Shown here: in pieces, positions 26,291 through 39,020 of the stretch
How the letters are laid out: each line of letters starts with the position of its first letter
How positions within the stretch are numbered: position 1 is the first letter of the stretch
The notes under the pieces: model-generated
The model's database searches: none
What the model saw: the letters and a program-made list of their open reading frames with translations, nothing else
What the model was told of the DNA's origin: nothing
Made by a program: the position numbers and the translations under genes
Assembly: GCF_006345805.1 (NCBI RefSeq)
Contig: NC_042997.1
Coordinates: 188,170,001 to 188,234,000, forward strand
Direction of reading: 5' to 3'
Length of the DNA stretch: 64,000 nucleotides
DNA from: Octopus sinensis
Taxonomy: Eukaryota

Positions 26291-27099
26291 TCGATGTGTA
26301 TTTTAGTAAAACAGAGTTATGTAATTTTCCTTTTTGTTGTTCCCTAGCAAGGACCACTTTCTTTTATAGATCTCTTCCACAAACTTTTCCCCTGATACAT
26401 GATCCTTGTTCAGTGTTTCTCCCTGGTTTAAAATGTTAGTGTAGCTGTTGTTGTTGTATTTGATATTATAGTTAAAAAGCTATTAGTACTTTTTTTTATT
26501 CAAATTTGTTAAGTGTTCCCAACTGTGGCTATTTGTTTAATTATCATTTTTTTTTGTTTGCCCCTTTTTTAAAAAAAAATTTGTTTTTGTTTTCAAACTT
26601 TTCTTTTAGGGTGTACCTTGCTTGTGGCTAATATTTCTTCCTATTCTTCAAGAGGGAGTTATATTAAATTACAAGTAAATGACATACACAAAAATATATA
26701 AATTATAATAAAATGTCCAAGGATGAACCATATTTTTTATCACCTGAAGGTAAATGGTGTGGCTGTTCACATGTTCTTAAGTTCTTCATTGGCAAAATGC
26801 AACAAAGAAAAATCTTTGCTTTCCATCAAATTAAACAAGGGAAATCCAATTCTTGCCTGGAGCTGTTGTTATACATGTCCTTTTATTGCAAACAAAAACA
26901 ATAATAAAAATGAAAATATTAATAATAATTTTTTTATATTTGTCACATGAGCCATTCTCTTAATACAAAACATGATATAAAAGGGATTACAGTAGGTGTG
27001 GAGATTTACACACACGACCGCAATGGTGAAACACATATAGGGAACAAATGATATAAACTTGTGTTTATCATAATTTCTCCTATGTATATATTATTTAGC

Positions 27100-27725
27100 T
27101 TTTATTTGTTTCAGTCATTGGACTGCAGCCATGCTGGGCACTGCTTTGAAGAGTTCTTAGTCAAACAAAGTGACTCTTGTGCGTATTATTTTTTTTATAC
27201 CCGATATTTATTCTATCAATCTCAACTGCCGAATTACCAAGTAATGGGGGCTTAAACAAATTAGCATCAGTTACCAAGCAGGCACCGGGGATAAACTTAA
27301 CACAAGTGCAAAGACATATGCACATAGATCTACATACATACATGCATGCATGCATGCATAAATGACATACATACATACATACCTACATACATACATACAT
27401 AACTACATACATACATACCTACATACATACCTACATACATACCTACATACATACATACATACCTTCATACATACCTACATACATACATACATACCTTCAT
27501 ACATACATACATACCTACATACATACATACCTACATACATGGAAACATACATACATACATACATACATAGATACATAGATACATACATACATACATAGGC
27601 TTTCAGTTTCCACTCATAAGGCTTTGGTCAGCCCAAGGTTATAGTAGAAGGTATTTACCCAAGGTATCATGCAAAGGGGTTAAACCCAAGACTACATGAT
27701 TTAAAAGCAAACCATATGGCTATCC
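27100..27725 (-). mobile_element. Decayed SINE family A with expanded (TACA)n (~27330-27595)
   Basis: Both SINE halves flank a ~270-bp tetranucleotide tract. Confidence 0.8.
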
Positions 27726-28020
27726 CTGTGATTATATATATATATATAATTATTATTTGAGGGAATAAAATCCAAACTTACAAGGAAAAAATTCAATTCA
27801 GAAATACTAAATCATTTCTTAAATATAGCCACGAAACATGTGCTGTTATTCTACCTATTATATACGTTTTTATTATTATTTTTTGAAATTTACTTAATCA
27901 TTGACATTTTATTGTTATTTTAATTTTAATATTTCTATTATATGTAATTTTCTAGATGGTGTAATTTAATTGTTCATTTTGAATTGATAAAAGGTGGTTT
28001 TTTTCTAATTTTATATATGA

Positions 28021-28300
28021 CCCAGTGGTTAGGGCAGCGGACTCGCGGTCGGAGGATCGCGGTTTCGATTCCCAGACCGGGTGTTGTGTGTGTTTATTGA
28101 GCGAAAACACCTAAAAGCTCCACGAGGCTCCGGCAGGGGGTGGTGATCCCTGCTGTACTCATTCACCATTCTTTCTCACTCTTTCTTCTGTTGGCCTGCT
28201 CGGGGTGGCGTCGTTCGAAGGCTAAAACAATGCGAACGCATTGTGACCAGCGATGTGTAGCAACATTTGATGGTCTGGTCGGTCACGTGATCACGTGATA
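28021..28300 (+). mobile_element. tRNA-derived SINE family D (head shared with 34779 copy, different tail)
   Basis: CCCAGTGGTTAGGGCAGCGGACTCGCGG..GGTTTCGATTCCC (A and B boxes). Confidence 0.85.
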
Positions 28301-28650
28301 TAGTGAAATATAGGCTGTGACAGGCAAGGACATGCATAGGCTTGAAAGAAATGAAGCCAGTATGCTTTGCTGGATGTGCAATGTCAGTGTGCATGTTTGA
28401 CAGAGTGTAAGCATCTTGAGAGAAAAGTTAGTCTTAAGAGACATCAGATGTGGGGTGCAAGAGAGACGACTGCACTGGTATGGTCATGTGATGCCTATGG
28501 ATAAGGACAGTTGTGTAAAAAAGTGCTGATCTCTAACTGTGGTAGAGGTAGACCCAGGAAGACATGGAATGAGGTGGTGAAGCACAATCTTCAAACTTTG
28601 AGAGTCACAGCAGTAATGACTAGTAACTAAGATGTGCTTTGGTGATGTTT
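28300..28650 (+). mobile_element. RTE LINE 3' ORF fragment
   Basis: WAVTGKDMHRLERNEASML..ERRLHWYGHV. Confidence 0.88.
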
Positions 28651-28711
28651 TACCAGGTGCTTGTGAACGACGGATTTTGATAGGTTGAGGCTTTCTGCCA
28701 ATTCTCGGGTT

Positions 28712-29141
28712 GTGCAATGTGGGTTATTCTCAATTAATGACTTGATTTGGTCATCATCTGTAGTGGATGATCTGCCTGATCACTCTTTATCAATAAGGCT
28801 ACAATCTCCAGCTCGGAACCTTGTGAACCATTTCCGTACAATTTTTTTGGATAAAGAAACATCACCGTAAACTGTGTATATTTCTTTGGTTGCTTGTGAG
28901 GCATTTTTCCCTTTACAGAAAAAGAAAAGCATCAAGTGCCAAAAATGAACTTTCTTATCTTCCATTCCAAAAGGTTACAGAATTAACACAGGTTATAGGA
29001 ACATAAACCTGCTTCCACGAAAAGATAGCTTAAACAGTGCTCTAAGTGGAGGTGTAGTCAAATCCTATTTTATGGACTCAACCATGTTCTAAAATAAGTC
29101 GAACTACTATAAATCAGCATGAACTTTCCAGACAACCCAAT
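28712..29141 (-). mobile_element. Mariner transposon 5' fragment (TIR plus transposase HTH N-terminus)
   Basis: MEDKKVHFWHLMLFFFCKGKNASQATKEIYTVYG..VRKWFTRFRAGDCSLIDKE; TIR TATTGGGTTGTCTGGAAAGTT on minus strand ending at 29141. Confidence 0.88.
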
Positions 29142-29699
29142 AATATGGCAGCCCTTTTACCTTTCCTCAGAATAACTACATCTATTTTAATTTCTACATT
29201 TTTCTCTTGGAGTAACTCATACGTAGCTATTGGGGTTGACTAGTTTGGCTGACTACCTACCTGCCAACCTACAACTTCATGCAAATATAATTATTATCTT
29301 AACATCTATTCTAATTTCATGTTTTCTTTTTCACAAATTCAGAAGGCTAATAGTGGATCCATTTTAATAATTTAGAACTTCCTCAGTCGAAATCTTGGCC
29401 ACACCTATGAATAAGGCAATATTGCCTCTAAACTTTTATTGGGATGAACGCCGTTGTTATGTTAGTCATTGTTGAATAAATGTCACATGTAAATAATGAT
29501 AAGTAACCTAAAATGGAATGAGAAGAAAATGGAATAAGTTTTAAGCTGCAGTAAGGAATTATAACAGAAGGAAATTCAAAGAACCAGGAAGTAAATGAGT
29601 TCCAGGTCAATTATCTACACAGTAATTTCTATTATTAGCCTGAGTTCACTCGATTTTGAGAATGGATGCTTTAATTACATTCACTGCCAGTACTTTATT

Positions 29700-30100
29700 C
29701 TTTTCTACTCTAGGCACAAGGACTGAAATTTTTGGGGAGGGAGCCAGTCAATTAGATCGATCCCAGTACATAACTGGTACTTAATTTATCGACCCTGAAA
29801 AGATGAAAAGCAAAGTCGACCTTGGCAGAATTTGAACTCAGAACGTAAAGACAGATGAAATACCTATTTCTTTACTACCCACAAGGGGCTAAACACAGAG
29901 GGGACAAACAAGGACAAACAAACGGGTCAAGTCGATTACATCGTCCCCAGTGCATAACTGGTACTTAATTTATTGACCCCGAAAGGATGAAAGGCAAAGT
30001 CAACCTCGGCGGAATTTGAACTTAGAACGTAATGGCAGACGAAATACGGCTATGCATTTCACCGGGCATGCTAACGTTTCTGCTAGCTTGCCACCTTCTG
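29700..30100 (-). mobile_element. SINE family C, tandem dimer
   Basis: Two head-to-tail units joined at GAAATACCTATTTCTTTACT (~29856-29876). Confidence 0.9.
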
Positions 30101-30253
30101 CCAGTACTTTATTGAAAGATTTAAAGACAAGATTTGAACTCAGAATGTGAAGGGACATAACTAAATACTGCAAGGCATTATGTTGAGTAGTCTACCAAAA
30201 ACCCTTCACCATTTGCCTGTGTATACTTAGAAGAAATATTTTAGATTCTTTAA

Positions 30254-30716
30254 CCCTTTAGCATTCAAACTGGCCATATCTAGCCTAAATATTCCATCTG
30301 TTTTGTGTTCAAACTGACCAGGTCCAGATTCTTGCACTTACCCCACAATGTCATTCTAAAAGTAAAACAATTGCATCATCAAAATCTTGAAGCTACAAGA
30401 TAATACATCATCATCATCATCATTTAACGTCTGCTTTCCATGCTAGCATGGGTTGGATGATTTTGACTAAGGGCTGGCGAACCAGATGGCTGCACCGGGC
30501 TCTTAATCTTGATCTGGCAGTTTCTACAGCTGGATGCCCTTCCCAACGCCAACCACTCTGAGAGTGTAGTGGGTGCATTTTACATGCCACCAGCAAGGGG
30601 GCCAGTCAGGCGGTACTGGCAACGACCTCGCTTGAATACATGATTAATTCAAAATAATGTAAATAATGTAAATAAATAAGCATTACATTTGTCAAAGTAA
30701 TCTGAATGCTAAAGGG
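30254..30716. mobile_element. piggyBac-like MITE with nested RTE-tail insertion
   Basis: TTAA|CCCTTTAGCATTCA ... TGAATGCTAAAGGG|TTAA; RTE tail on minus strand ~30408-30636. Confidence 0.88.
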
Positions 30717-30978
30717 TTAATCTAAGATTTTCTTGTGTAAATAAGTAGATTCTGTCATACTGTAGGCTGTGCATTATGACTCAGGCATAACAATGTTGCA
30801 AGTGATACTTCATTATACTGTAGGATGTGAATTATAAAATTTTTTACCCTGTTCTAGGAAATGTAGGTTATATTTCAGTTAATGGACACACTGCACATGG
30901 GATGACACTATATCGTAGGATGTAGATTATGGCTCATTTAATGACATTCCACTGATAAGATTATATTATACTCTAGGA

Positions 30979-31521
30979 CAGTAATCCAACCTTTTCTGCA
31001 CCATTAACTGGTTTCACGCAAGACAATTTTCCACAAACCTAGGGATTGTGCCCACATGAAAACACAAAGTACATAATATACAATCTGATTATTACATTTA
31101 TGATATATATTTATAAAGATTCAAGCGAGGTCGTTGCCAGCACCGCCTGACTGGCCCCTGTGCTGGTGGCACGTAAAAGCACCCACTACACTCTCGGAGT
31201 GGTTGGCATTAGGAAGGGCATCCAGCTGTAGAAACTCTGCCAAATCAAAATTGGAGCCTGGTGCAGCCATCTGGTTCGCCAGCCCTCAGTCAAATCGTCC
31301 AACCCATGCTAGCATGGAAAGCGGACGTTAAACGATGATGATGATGATTTAATACATATATATTACATTTATAATACATATATAATGCCAAAACACCTGG
31401 CAGGCTGTAATAGTCAATAGGATAGAAATAAAATTTTAAAATTTATTCTTCCTATGTGGCCCAGTACCAAAGGATCTATGGCCTGGTACTGGTCTATTAG
31501 CCTGGTGGTGGAGGACCTCTG
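30979..31521. mobile_element. hAT (Charlie-like) MITE with 8-bp TSD and nested RTE tail
   Basis: TSD CTCTAGGA at 30971-30978 and 31522-31529; ends CAGTAATCCAACC / GGAGGACCTCTG; RTE tail + strand 31120-31349. Confidence 0.85.
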
Positions 31522-32176
31522 CTCTAGGATATAAATTATGACATGTTACAGATGATACTATATTACTATACAGTGTATTATAATTGGTTTTTGACACATT
31601 ACAGGTGATACTAGTGTGTATTGTAGGACGTAGATTAAGATTTAGTTGAACATGTTACAGGTGATACTACAGTATATTACAGAGTATAAGCTATGATTTG
31701 TTATAATTGATACTATTCTGTAGATTATGAATGATTCATGTTATGTTACAGGTGATACTAAATATATTGCATGATTATGACTCAGTTATAGATGATTCTG
31801 ATGTGTACTGCTAGATGAAGATTATAACATGTTATAGCTGATACTACAGAATACTGTAGGAAATAGATTATGACTCCTCTGACATGATATATTATAAATA
31901 CCACCCACCAACAAAGCTACAACTTTAAGGCAAGTATAATTATTATGATGTAGATTATGATACAGTTATGATATATTACAAATTTAATTTAATGGTAGCT
32001 TCTCAAGTCCCAGACTGATGGTTCTGCAATTTCTTGCTGAACATCCTGCACAGATGATTTGTTTACAATGATCGAATATTTGTGCTGCACTCTCCCTCCG
32101 TCAAATTGACATTGCCTGTACAAGTGCACAGTGTGTGATATGTCATATGTTGAAGTCTTCAACATATGATGACTTA

Positions 32177-32409
32177 AAGCGGCGAGCTGGCAGAAACGTT
32201 AGCACGTCGGGTGAAATGCGTAGCTGTATTTCGTCTGCCGTTACGTTCTGAGTTCAAATTCCGCCGAGGTCGACTTTGCCTTTCATCCTTTCGGGGTCGA
32301 TAAATTAAGTACCAGTTACGCACTGGGGTCGAGGTAATTGACTTAATCCATTTGTCTGTCCTTGTTTGTCTCCTCTATGTTTAGCCCCTTGTGGGTAGTA
32401 AAGAAATAT
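32177..32409 (+). mobile_element. SINE family C, full length, 13-bp TSD
   Basis: AAGCGGCGAGCTGGCAGAAACG..GTAAAGAAATA; ATATGTTGAAGTC on both sides. Confidence 0.93.
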
Positions 32410-32439
32410 ATATGTTGAAGTCATCACAGAACAACATGA

Positions 32440-32550
32440 GATAAAATGATTTGCTCAAGAACATAACACACACTGTAGGCCCTGGGAATTGAACCTGTGA
32501 TCTAAAAATCACAAGTGCAACACCTGAACCACTAGGTCATGTGCCCTCAC
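32440..32550 (-). mobile_element. SINE family B fragment
   Basis: TTGCTCAAGAACATAACAC..GGAATTGAACC..AACCACTAGG. Confidence 0.6.
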
Positions 32551-33285
32551 TATATTACAGATAGTACAACAGTATATTATTGGATATAGATTATGACTCA
32601 GTTATATGTTACAGTTAATACTGCCGTATATTATAGGAAGTAGATTATGAATGAGTTAGTGGAGTTATTAGCATATTGCAAGTATCTTACTGCTTCTAAC
32701 TTTATTACTTTGATTTCTCAAAAGGCAGTGAAATGATGGAAATAGTAGATCAATGGACAATTAATGGATATTTATTAATCATGTTCTGGATCAATAGATA
32801 TTTGTTAATCATGTTATGCTTCTTCATGTTGTGAGTTCTAATTCTGCTGGGTCATATTTGCTTGTCATATCTATGAAATCAAAACTAATACCAGTAATGT
32901 ACAAAGAATGAGTTGATCAACTGCAAGTCACCTCACTATCGATAATTTCCCTGTAGGTTTCACCTAACAACAACCTTATCAATATAACCAGTCTTGAAGG
33001 TCCTGTAGAGTCATGGAACAGACCTCAAAACTAAGCAATAAAAAATACAAAACTACAAATTTCATTTAAAAACCAGTAAAAAATGTGAGTCACTAGGTTG
33101 TTTTATTTTAATTGGTTTTCAAAGTTGCTTCATATATCTGCATAAAATACTCTATTTTAAACAAGAATGTAATTATTCACACACATATTTACACACACAA
33201 GCACACAGACATTTGTAGCTCCACTGACTAATATGCAAATTCACTTGTTAGACAAAACAATATACAAATAACTCTTCATGGCTTT

Positions 33286-33551
33286 TCGTTTTGGGATTTA
33301 GTTTGCAAGATTCTTTATATGAGTTCGTGTGTTGAAGCATATTCTGTTGTGTCTGGGGAGAGTCATTTTCTTTTTGTGCCTTACAATGTAACTCACTCAC
33401 CGGTAAAATTTCCACTTTTTTCTTTTTTTTATTTTTTAATTAAAAAAAATTTTTTTTTTAATTTTAATTTTTAAATGGAAATTTTACCAGTGAGTGTCTT
33501 ACATTGTAAGGCACAAAAAGAAAATGACTCTCTCCAGACACAACAGAATAT
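33286..33551. repeat. Fold-back element, ~76-bp inverted arms, flanked by an 11-bp direct repeat
   Basis: 33339-33414 is complementary to 33476-33551; TTCATGGCTTT occurs at ~33275 and ~33551. Confidence 0.85.
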
Positions 33552-33595
33552 TCATGGCTTTGTTATACACTGAATTCCAGCCTGTATAGATAGAC

Positions 33596-33660
33596 ATCAC
33601 TGTATTGACCAGATTATCACTGTATTGACCAGATTATCATCGTGTTGGCCAGATTATCAG
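33596..33660. repeat. 20-bp tandem repeat x3
   Basis: ATCACTGTATTGACCAGATT units. Confidence 0.9.
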
Positions 33661-33704
33661 ATGTTGCTATACAATGCTAGCCATAATGTGCTTCCTCGCA
33701 TTGT

Positions 33705-33890
33705 TGTAGGTTTTGAATGATATTAACCCACTGGCTAGGCAGGTAGATAAACATTTTCTCTGACTGGACCACCAACTCATCACAAGATGGGCTTTGATCA
33801 TGTCTTATGGTATTGAAAATTATAAAAAGAACACTGGCTATAACTGTAATATCAATACCGTTTCCCATGGATATTTTATCTCGTTTTTAG
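33705..33890 (+). mobile_element. Possible Gypsy LTR-retrotransposon RNase H remnant
   Basis: One frame reads KHFL*LDHQLITRWALIMSYGIENYKK, resembling F.L.TDH.PL..RWAL.L..YDFEI.Y. Confidence 0.4.
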
Positions 33891-34778
33891 TTATAAAATG
33901 ATTTAGACAGGAACAAAGTGAAATGAAGTGTTTTACTGAAGAACACAATGCACTACTGGTTTGGGAATAGAAATCACGATTGTGAACGCAACACCCAAAC
34001 CACTAGGCCATATGCCTATTATACAGTTAATATACTAAGAATATTTCCAAGAGTTTTCAAAAATTCACCTTGTGTCTTTTGAACACTCTCAAACATATTT
34101 CTCAAAGAAAAGGAGTTCTTCAATGCTACTGTTCTTTATAACCTAGTCTTAAGAGGAAAATCACAATTCTTGTTCTCTTTATGTCTTCCTAATAAAATAT
34201 GAATAATTGGAAGAGTGGAAGAGTTTAGCATGGTTAATGGTCAATTTAAATTGCAACAAATCAATAGTTATGGTTAAAGGGAGGTGTAGGTGGGAATGCA
34301 GTTCCAAGGAAGAATCATTAGACAAAGAGGACTTCTCTAATTTAACAGCAATTTGGTGACTATAGTTCTTCGATTAAATCCTGTTATACATGTGTTAGTT
34401 CTTGCCTTCTCTAAAGATTATTGAATAAATTTTGGTTGCATGCTGTTATTAAGGGATAAAAAAGTTAAGTGATATAGGATTTGTTGATTGCTATCAAGAC
34501 ATTTTTATTAGCTCAATAATATTTGTGATACAGAATCAATCAACTGTTTCAGAGCAGAGTTACTCAGCTCTTATTTTTGTTTACTTATTTATTTATTTAT
34601 ATATTGTAATTTTTAAACAATGGCATTGTCACTAGCAGGTTTCTAACTGGTTCTCTGCATTTCTGATGGCAAGAATGGCAAGAGGAGATTTGTAACTAAG
34701 GGGACTTTGGAGAGAATAATTTTTTTTTGCCGACATATTTCCTCTTATTGATATACAGTGAATAATGCATACATACGT

Positions 34779-35158
34779 GGAGACACAATGGCCCAGTGGT
34801 TAGGGCAGCGGACTCACGGTCGTAGGATCGCGGTTTCGATTCCCAGACCGGGCGTTGTGAGTGTTTATTGAGCGAAAACACCTAAAGCTCCACGAGGCTC
34901 CGGCAGAGATGGTGGTGATCCCTGCTGTACTCTTTCACCACAACTTTCTCTCACTCTTACTTCCTGTTTCTGTTGTACCTGTATTTCAAAGGGCCGGCCT
35001 TGTCACACTCTGTGTCACGCTGAATATCCCCGAGAACTACGTTAAGGGTACACGTGTCTGTGGAGTGCTCAGCCACTTACACGTTAATTTTACGAGCAGG
35101 CTGTTCCGTTGATTCGGATCAACCGGAACCCTCGTCGTCGTAACCGACGGAGTGCTTC
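34779..35158 (+). mobile_element. tRNA-derived SINE family D, full length, CpG-rich (young)
   Basis: GTGGAGACACAATGGCCCAGTGGTTAGGGCAGCGG..GGTTTCGATTCCC..GACGGAGTGCTTCC. Confidence 0.9.
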
Positions 35159-35619
35159 CAATGCATACATACACACATACATGCATTCATGTATACATAT
35201 ATGTATGAAGGTACATAGATACATAAGAACAAACATACAAACAAACAAACAAACTGGCTAACATACACTTTGTATATATAATCTGTAAGTGAGACAAACA
35301 TGTTAATATCATAGAACAATTCATGTATAATTTTTTTTTTGTTAAATGGTTCTGGTTTCTGTTACAGGACTCAGTGACAGCCAGTTGAAGGATGAGGTAT
35401 TAGAATGGATGTAAACAGTATCGAGAAAAAGAGTAGCAGCCAATCAATGTTTTTGAAACAAATTCCACATGGTATTTCATTTCAGAAGCACTGGTTGATC
35501 TGTTTTCTCACTGATGTTTACATCTTTCTTTAATCAATATCAGTAAAAGCTGTAAATGTTTATGAAAAGGAAATATATATATATAAATGTAAATATATAT
35601 TTATATCCTTTGTTTTTTT

Positions 35620-35970
35620 TATCTTTTACTTGTTTCAGTCATTAGACTGTGGCCATGCTGAGGCACTGCTTTGAAGGGTTTTAGTCAAACAAATTGACCC
35701 CAGGACTTATTTTTTAAAGCCCTAATACTTATTCTAGTGGTCTATTTTCCCAAACCGATAAATTATGGGGACATAAACATACAAACACCAGTTGTCAAGT
35801 GGTGATGGAGAGACAAACAGACATAAACACACACACACACACACATAAATATACGATAGGCTTCTTTCAATCCACTTTGGTTGGCTCAAGGCTATATTAG
35901 AAGATACTCACCCAAGGGCCATGCACAGGGACTGAATCCAGAACCAAGTGGTTGGGAAGCAAGCTTCTTT
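35620..35970 (-). mobile_element. SINE family A, older copy
   Basis: Family sequence, diverged. Confidence 0.85.
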
Positions 35971-36149
35971 ATTTCATAAATTGGCTATGGAAGCCCTACG
36001 TAGATAGGATAGACAAGGACAGACAAACATAGAGGGTGAAGATGTTGCTTATTATGAATGAAAAAGGTTCGCATGATGAAATATAAATGTCATGCTGTTA
36101 AAAATTATATCTTTTTTTTAATTCCAATTTAAACTTGATGATCATTGCA

Positions 36150-36720
36150 AATTTTACAATGTGTAACTGAAGGAAAGGCATCCAACTGCCAGATTCGAAC
36201 CTTTACTTTTCCTCCTTCTGGCCCCACTTACCTGGTTCCAGTCATTCACAGCTTGTTCACTACTTGCTTCCATCTTTTCGCGAACATATCCTGTGACAGG
36301 TATCTCTTCTCCATCTTGATCTTGCTATCAAGGTGGTAACAGTTGGCAAAGTGCTTGTAAAGTGCCTCACACATCTCATCTTGTTCTTTGACCAAACGTC
36401 CATTTTTGTCAATCAAAGACCTGATTATGGCATTGTTTCATGCTGGGTCTCTACCATACAGGCCCACCTGGCAACATTAAAAGTCCCTTGCAGCCCAATG
36501 CACATACTTTAGCCTGAACCCTGCATCCCTCATGTTTGGTTTTGAAGTGAAGGTCCAAGGCCATTTTTGCTGACAAAACTTGGGATGCAGAGCCCAATCT
36601 CAACGCCTCTTCTAAAGCCTTAAGTAGGTTCCCTTCTATCCTAGCCTTATCTAAACTTAGCTGACGGCTAAATCTAATAGACTCAAAATGTATGGCTCTT
36701 TATAGGACAAACCACCACCA
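36150..36720 (-). mobile_element. Decayed L1/Tx1-clade LINE ORF2 fragment
   Basis: Minus-strand peptide SLIDKNGRLVKEQDEMCEALYKHFANC resembles the Tx1 linker upstream of RT. Confidence 0.55.
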
Positions 36721-38434
36721 GTTATTCACTACCGGTTATAGTCTTTGTTCAAGGTAAATGCTGCCTTTTACATTTCAGGCTTGATAAAATAATATCTGTC
36801 CAATATGATAAATTGATGGAATTGTGAGAGCATCAGTATTTTTTCTTGCTCTTTCCATTCTGCGTTCTTGGATGGTAGACATAAACCACTGCTTGGGTTA
36901 GCACAACTTATTGATCCTTTGAATCTTGTAGAAGAGACCACTCCATTGTAAGCTTTTATGCCTGATCTCCTGTTTTAGAATACTTCCTCACATCAATCTC
37001 AGAAGCACTGTAATGGCAGACGAGGATACCCTGTGGTATTTGAGCCTGCTCTTTGTGTTCTGAGGTTTTTGGGTGATAGACTTAGTTTATTGCCAAGTTT
37101 AGTATCACCACCTGATCCTTTGTGCCTTTAGCAGAGTTCACTCTATTGCAAGTATATGAGCCAAAGCTTTGATTTGGGGATAACTTCCTCCTTTCCTTCC
37201 ACCAGACTCATAAACCTGAAAAGAACAAAGGGTTAAAGGAACTGTCCTTGGCACTGGTTGTCAAGTAATGGTGAGGATAAACACAGCTATTCTCCTGCAT
37301 TCAAAATTTTCTTCATTTCTAAATATACATATAAGATAGAGTTCCACACATGACATGTACTGAGCTGAAAACTTCAATTAACTGAAGTTATCCTTACAAT
37401 TTAAAGACAAGAGCCTATGTGAGAGTAGGATCAAAATCTAGAAACAACAAGCTAATACAATAAGTTTATCCAAGGACAACGGTAAGGTGCAGATCTTGCT
37501 CTCTAGAACGCAATGGTGAAATCAATGGATTAGTCAAGCTAACTGAAGGGAATATACCCAAAAGATTTAACAAAACCAAGACACATCCATAGCTTTTTAT
37601 GATGTTTATTGACAAAAATTGGTTAGATAACTGATCCATCAGTGGGTATGAACTAAAATAGCTGACTGAGATTTGTTCAACTTAAAACATTCTTTTGTAA
37701 GCTTGCACATTATCCATAATAATGCATTCTCAGAATTCTTTGCTTTTTGTTACTCACTGTTATAGTATGCTTTTTCCAAGTCCAAAGTCAACCAAAACCT
37801 TCATACACATTTTATGTTTACATAATGTATTCTGTACACAAATAGACCCCCATACTTTTTTTAAAACTTGTTTTACATTCCAGCCTTATGTATAATGAGT
37901 TCAAATCTCCCTGAAGTCAACTTTACCTTTCATCCTTGTAAAATACAAGGGTCAATTCTTCTGTCTCTTAATTTAGTTTTGAATTGTGCCTATAAATCGA
38001 AGGGCCAGCCATGTCATATATCATCATTCTGATACATTAAGGGTAAATATGTCTGTGGAATATTCAGTCACTTATATGTGAATTTCATGAGTTAGAATTT
38101 AGTTGACTGAATAATTGAATGCTCATCATCAAAATGGATGAAGAATTCACTATCTATCCATCCATACACACACACTCCACTCAAACCCACACACCCAAGA
38201 TAGATTTTAACCCAACAGAGACTATACAAAGTCAAGATTAATTTCAAAGCATTGCAATCCTACAATGGCTTAACTGGCCAAAATTTTGTAGTTACTGTCA
38301 ATAATATTCTTGATTAGGACTAATAAACTTTACTCTGCAAAAGTGTAGAGTAACCCATCAGATAAATGTAAAATTGTTTTTATTATAACTGAACATAAAA
38401 ACAAACGTTAACATAATATATATATGTTATATAT

Positions 38435-39020
38435 TATGGAAGAGGTAGACCCAGGAAGACATGAGATGAGGTGGTGAAGCATAACCAATCAATGTTCGGC
38501 TTCACAGAGACAATGACAGGAGACTGAGACCTTTGGAGATATGTTGTGATTGAGAAGACCTGGCAACTAAAGTGAGATTGTAGCCATGGCTGATGCCGGT
38601 GTTGCATGTCAGGCCCATGTAAAAGTACCCTTGATGCGTTGGGTGATATGATATGCTTGAGAAGACCTGTTGAGTCAAGTAAAACCAAAATCATAGCTGT
38701 TTCCAGTGCTCCCTGATTGGTTCCCATGCCGCTGGCACGTAAAAAGCACCATTTGAGCATGGTCAATTCCAGGTCTGTCCAACTGGCTCCTGTGCCAGTG
38801 GCATCTAAAAAGGGACCAGCCAAACAGGGTTGATGCCAGTGCCCTCTGACTGGCTCCTGTGCCAGTGGCGTGTAAAAAACACTATCTGAATGTGATTGAA
38901 GCCAGTGCCCCTTGGTTTACTCCTGTGCTGGTGGCATGTAAAAAGCACCATCCAAACGTGGCCGATGCCAGTGCCCCTTGGCATCTTATCCTGTGCTCTA
39001 ACAATCTCACGTACTGGTCC
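38435..39020 (+). mobile_element. RTE LINE 3' fragment with array of 3' UTR modules
   Basis: GRGRPRKT*DEVVKH..; four or more copies of (C)TGTGCCAGTGGCA(C/T)GTAAAAAGCACC. Confidence 0.85.

Larger units (their letters stand above)
30750..32660. repeat. Old degenerate ~55-60 bp minisatellite interrupted by TEs
   Basis: Recurrent GATACTA..TATATTGTAGGA..TAGATTATGACTCAG..CATGTTACAGGT units at ~30760-30970, 31530-31990 and 32550-32660. Confidence 0.7.
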
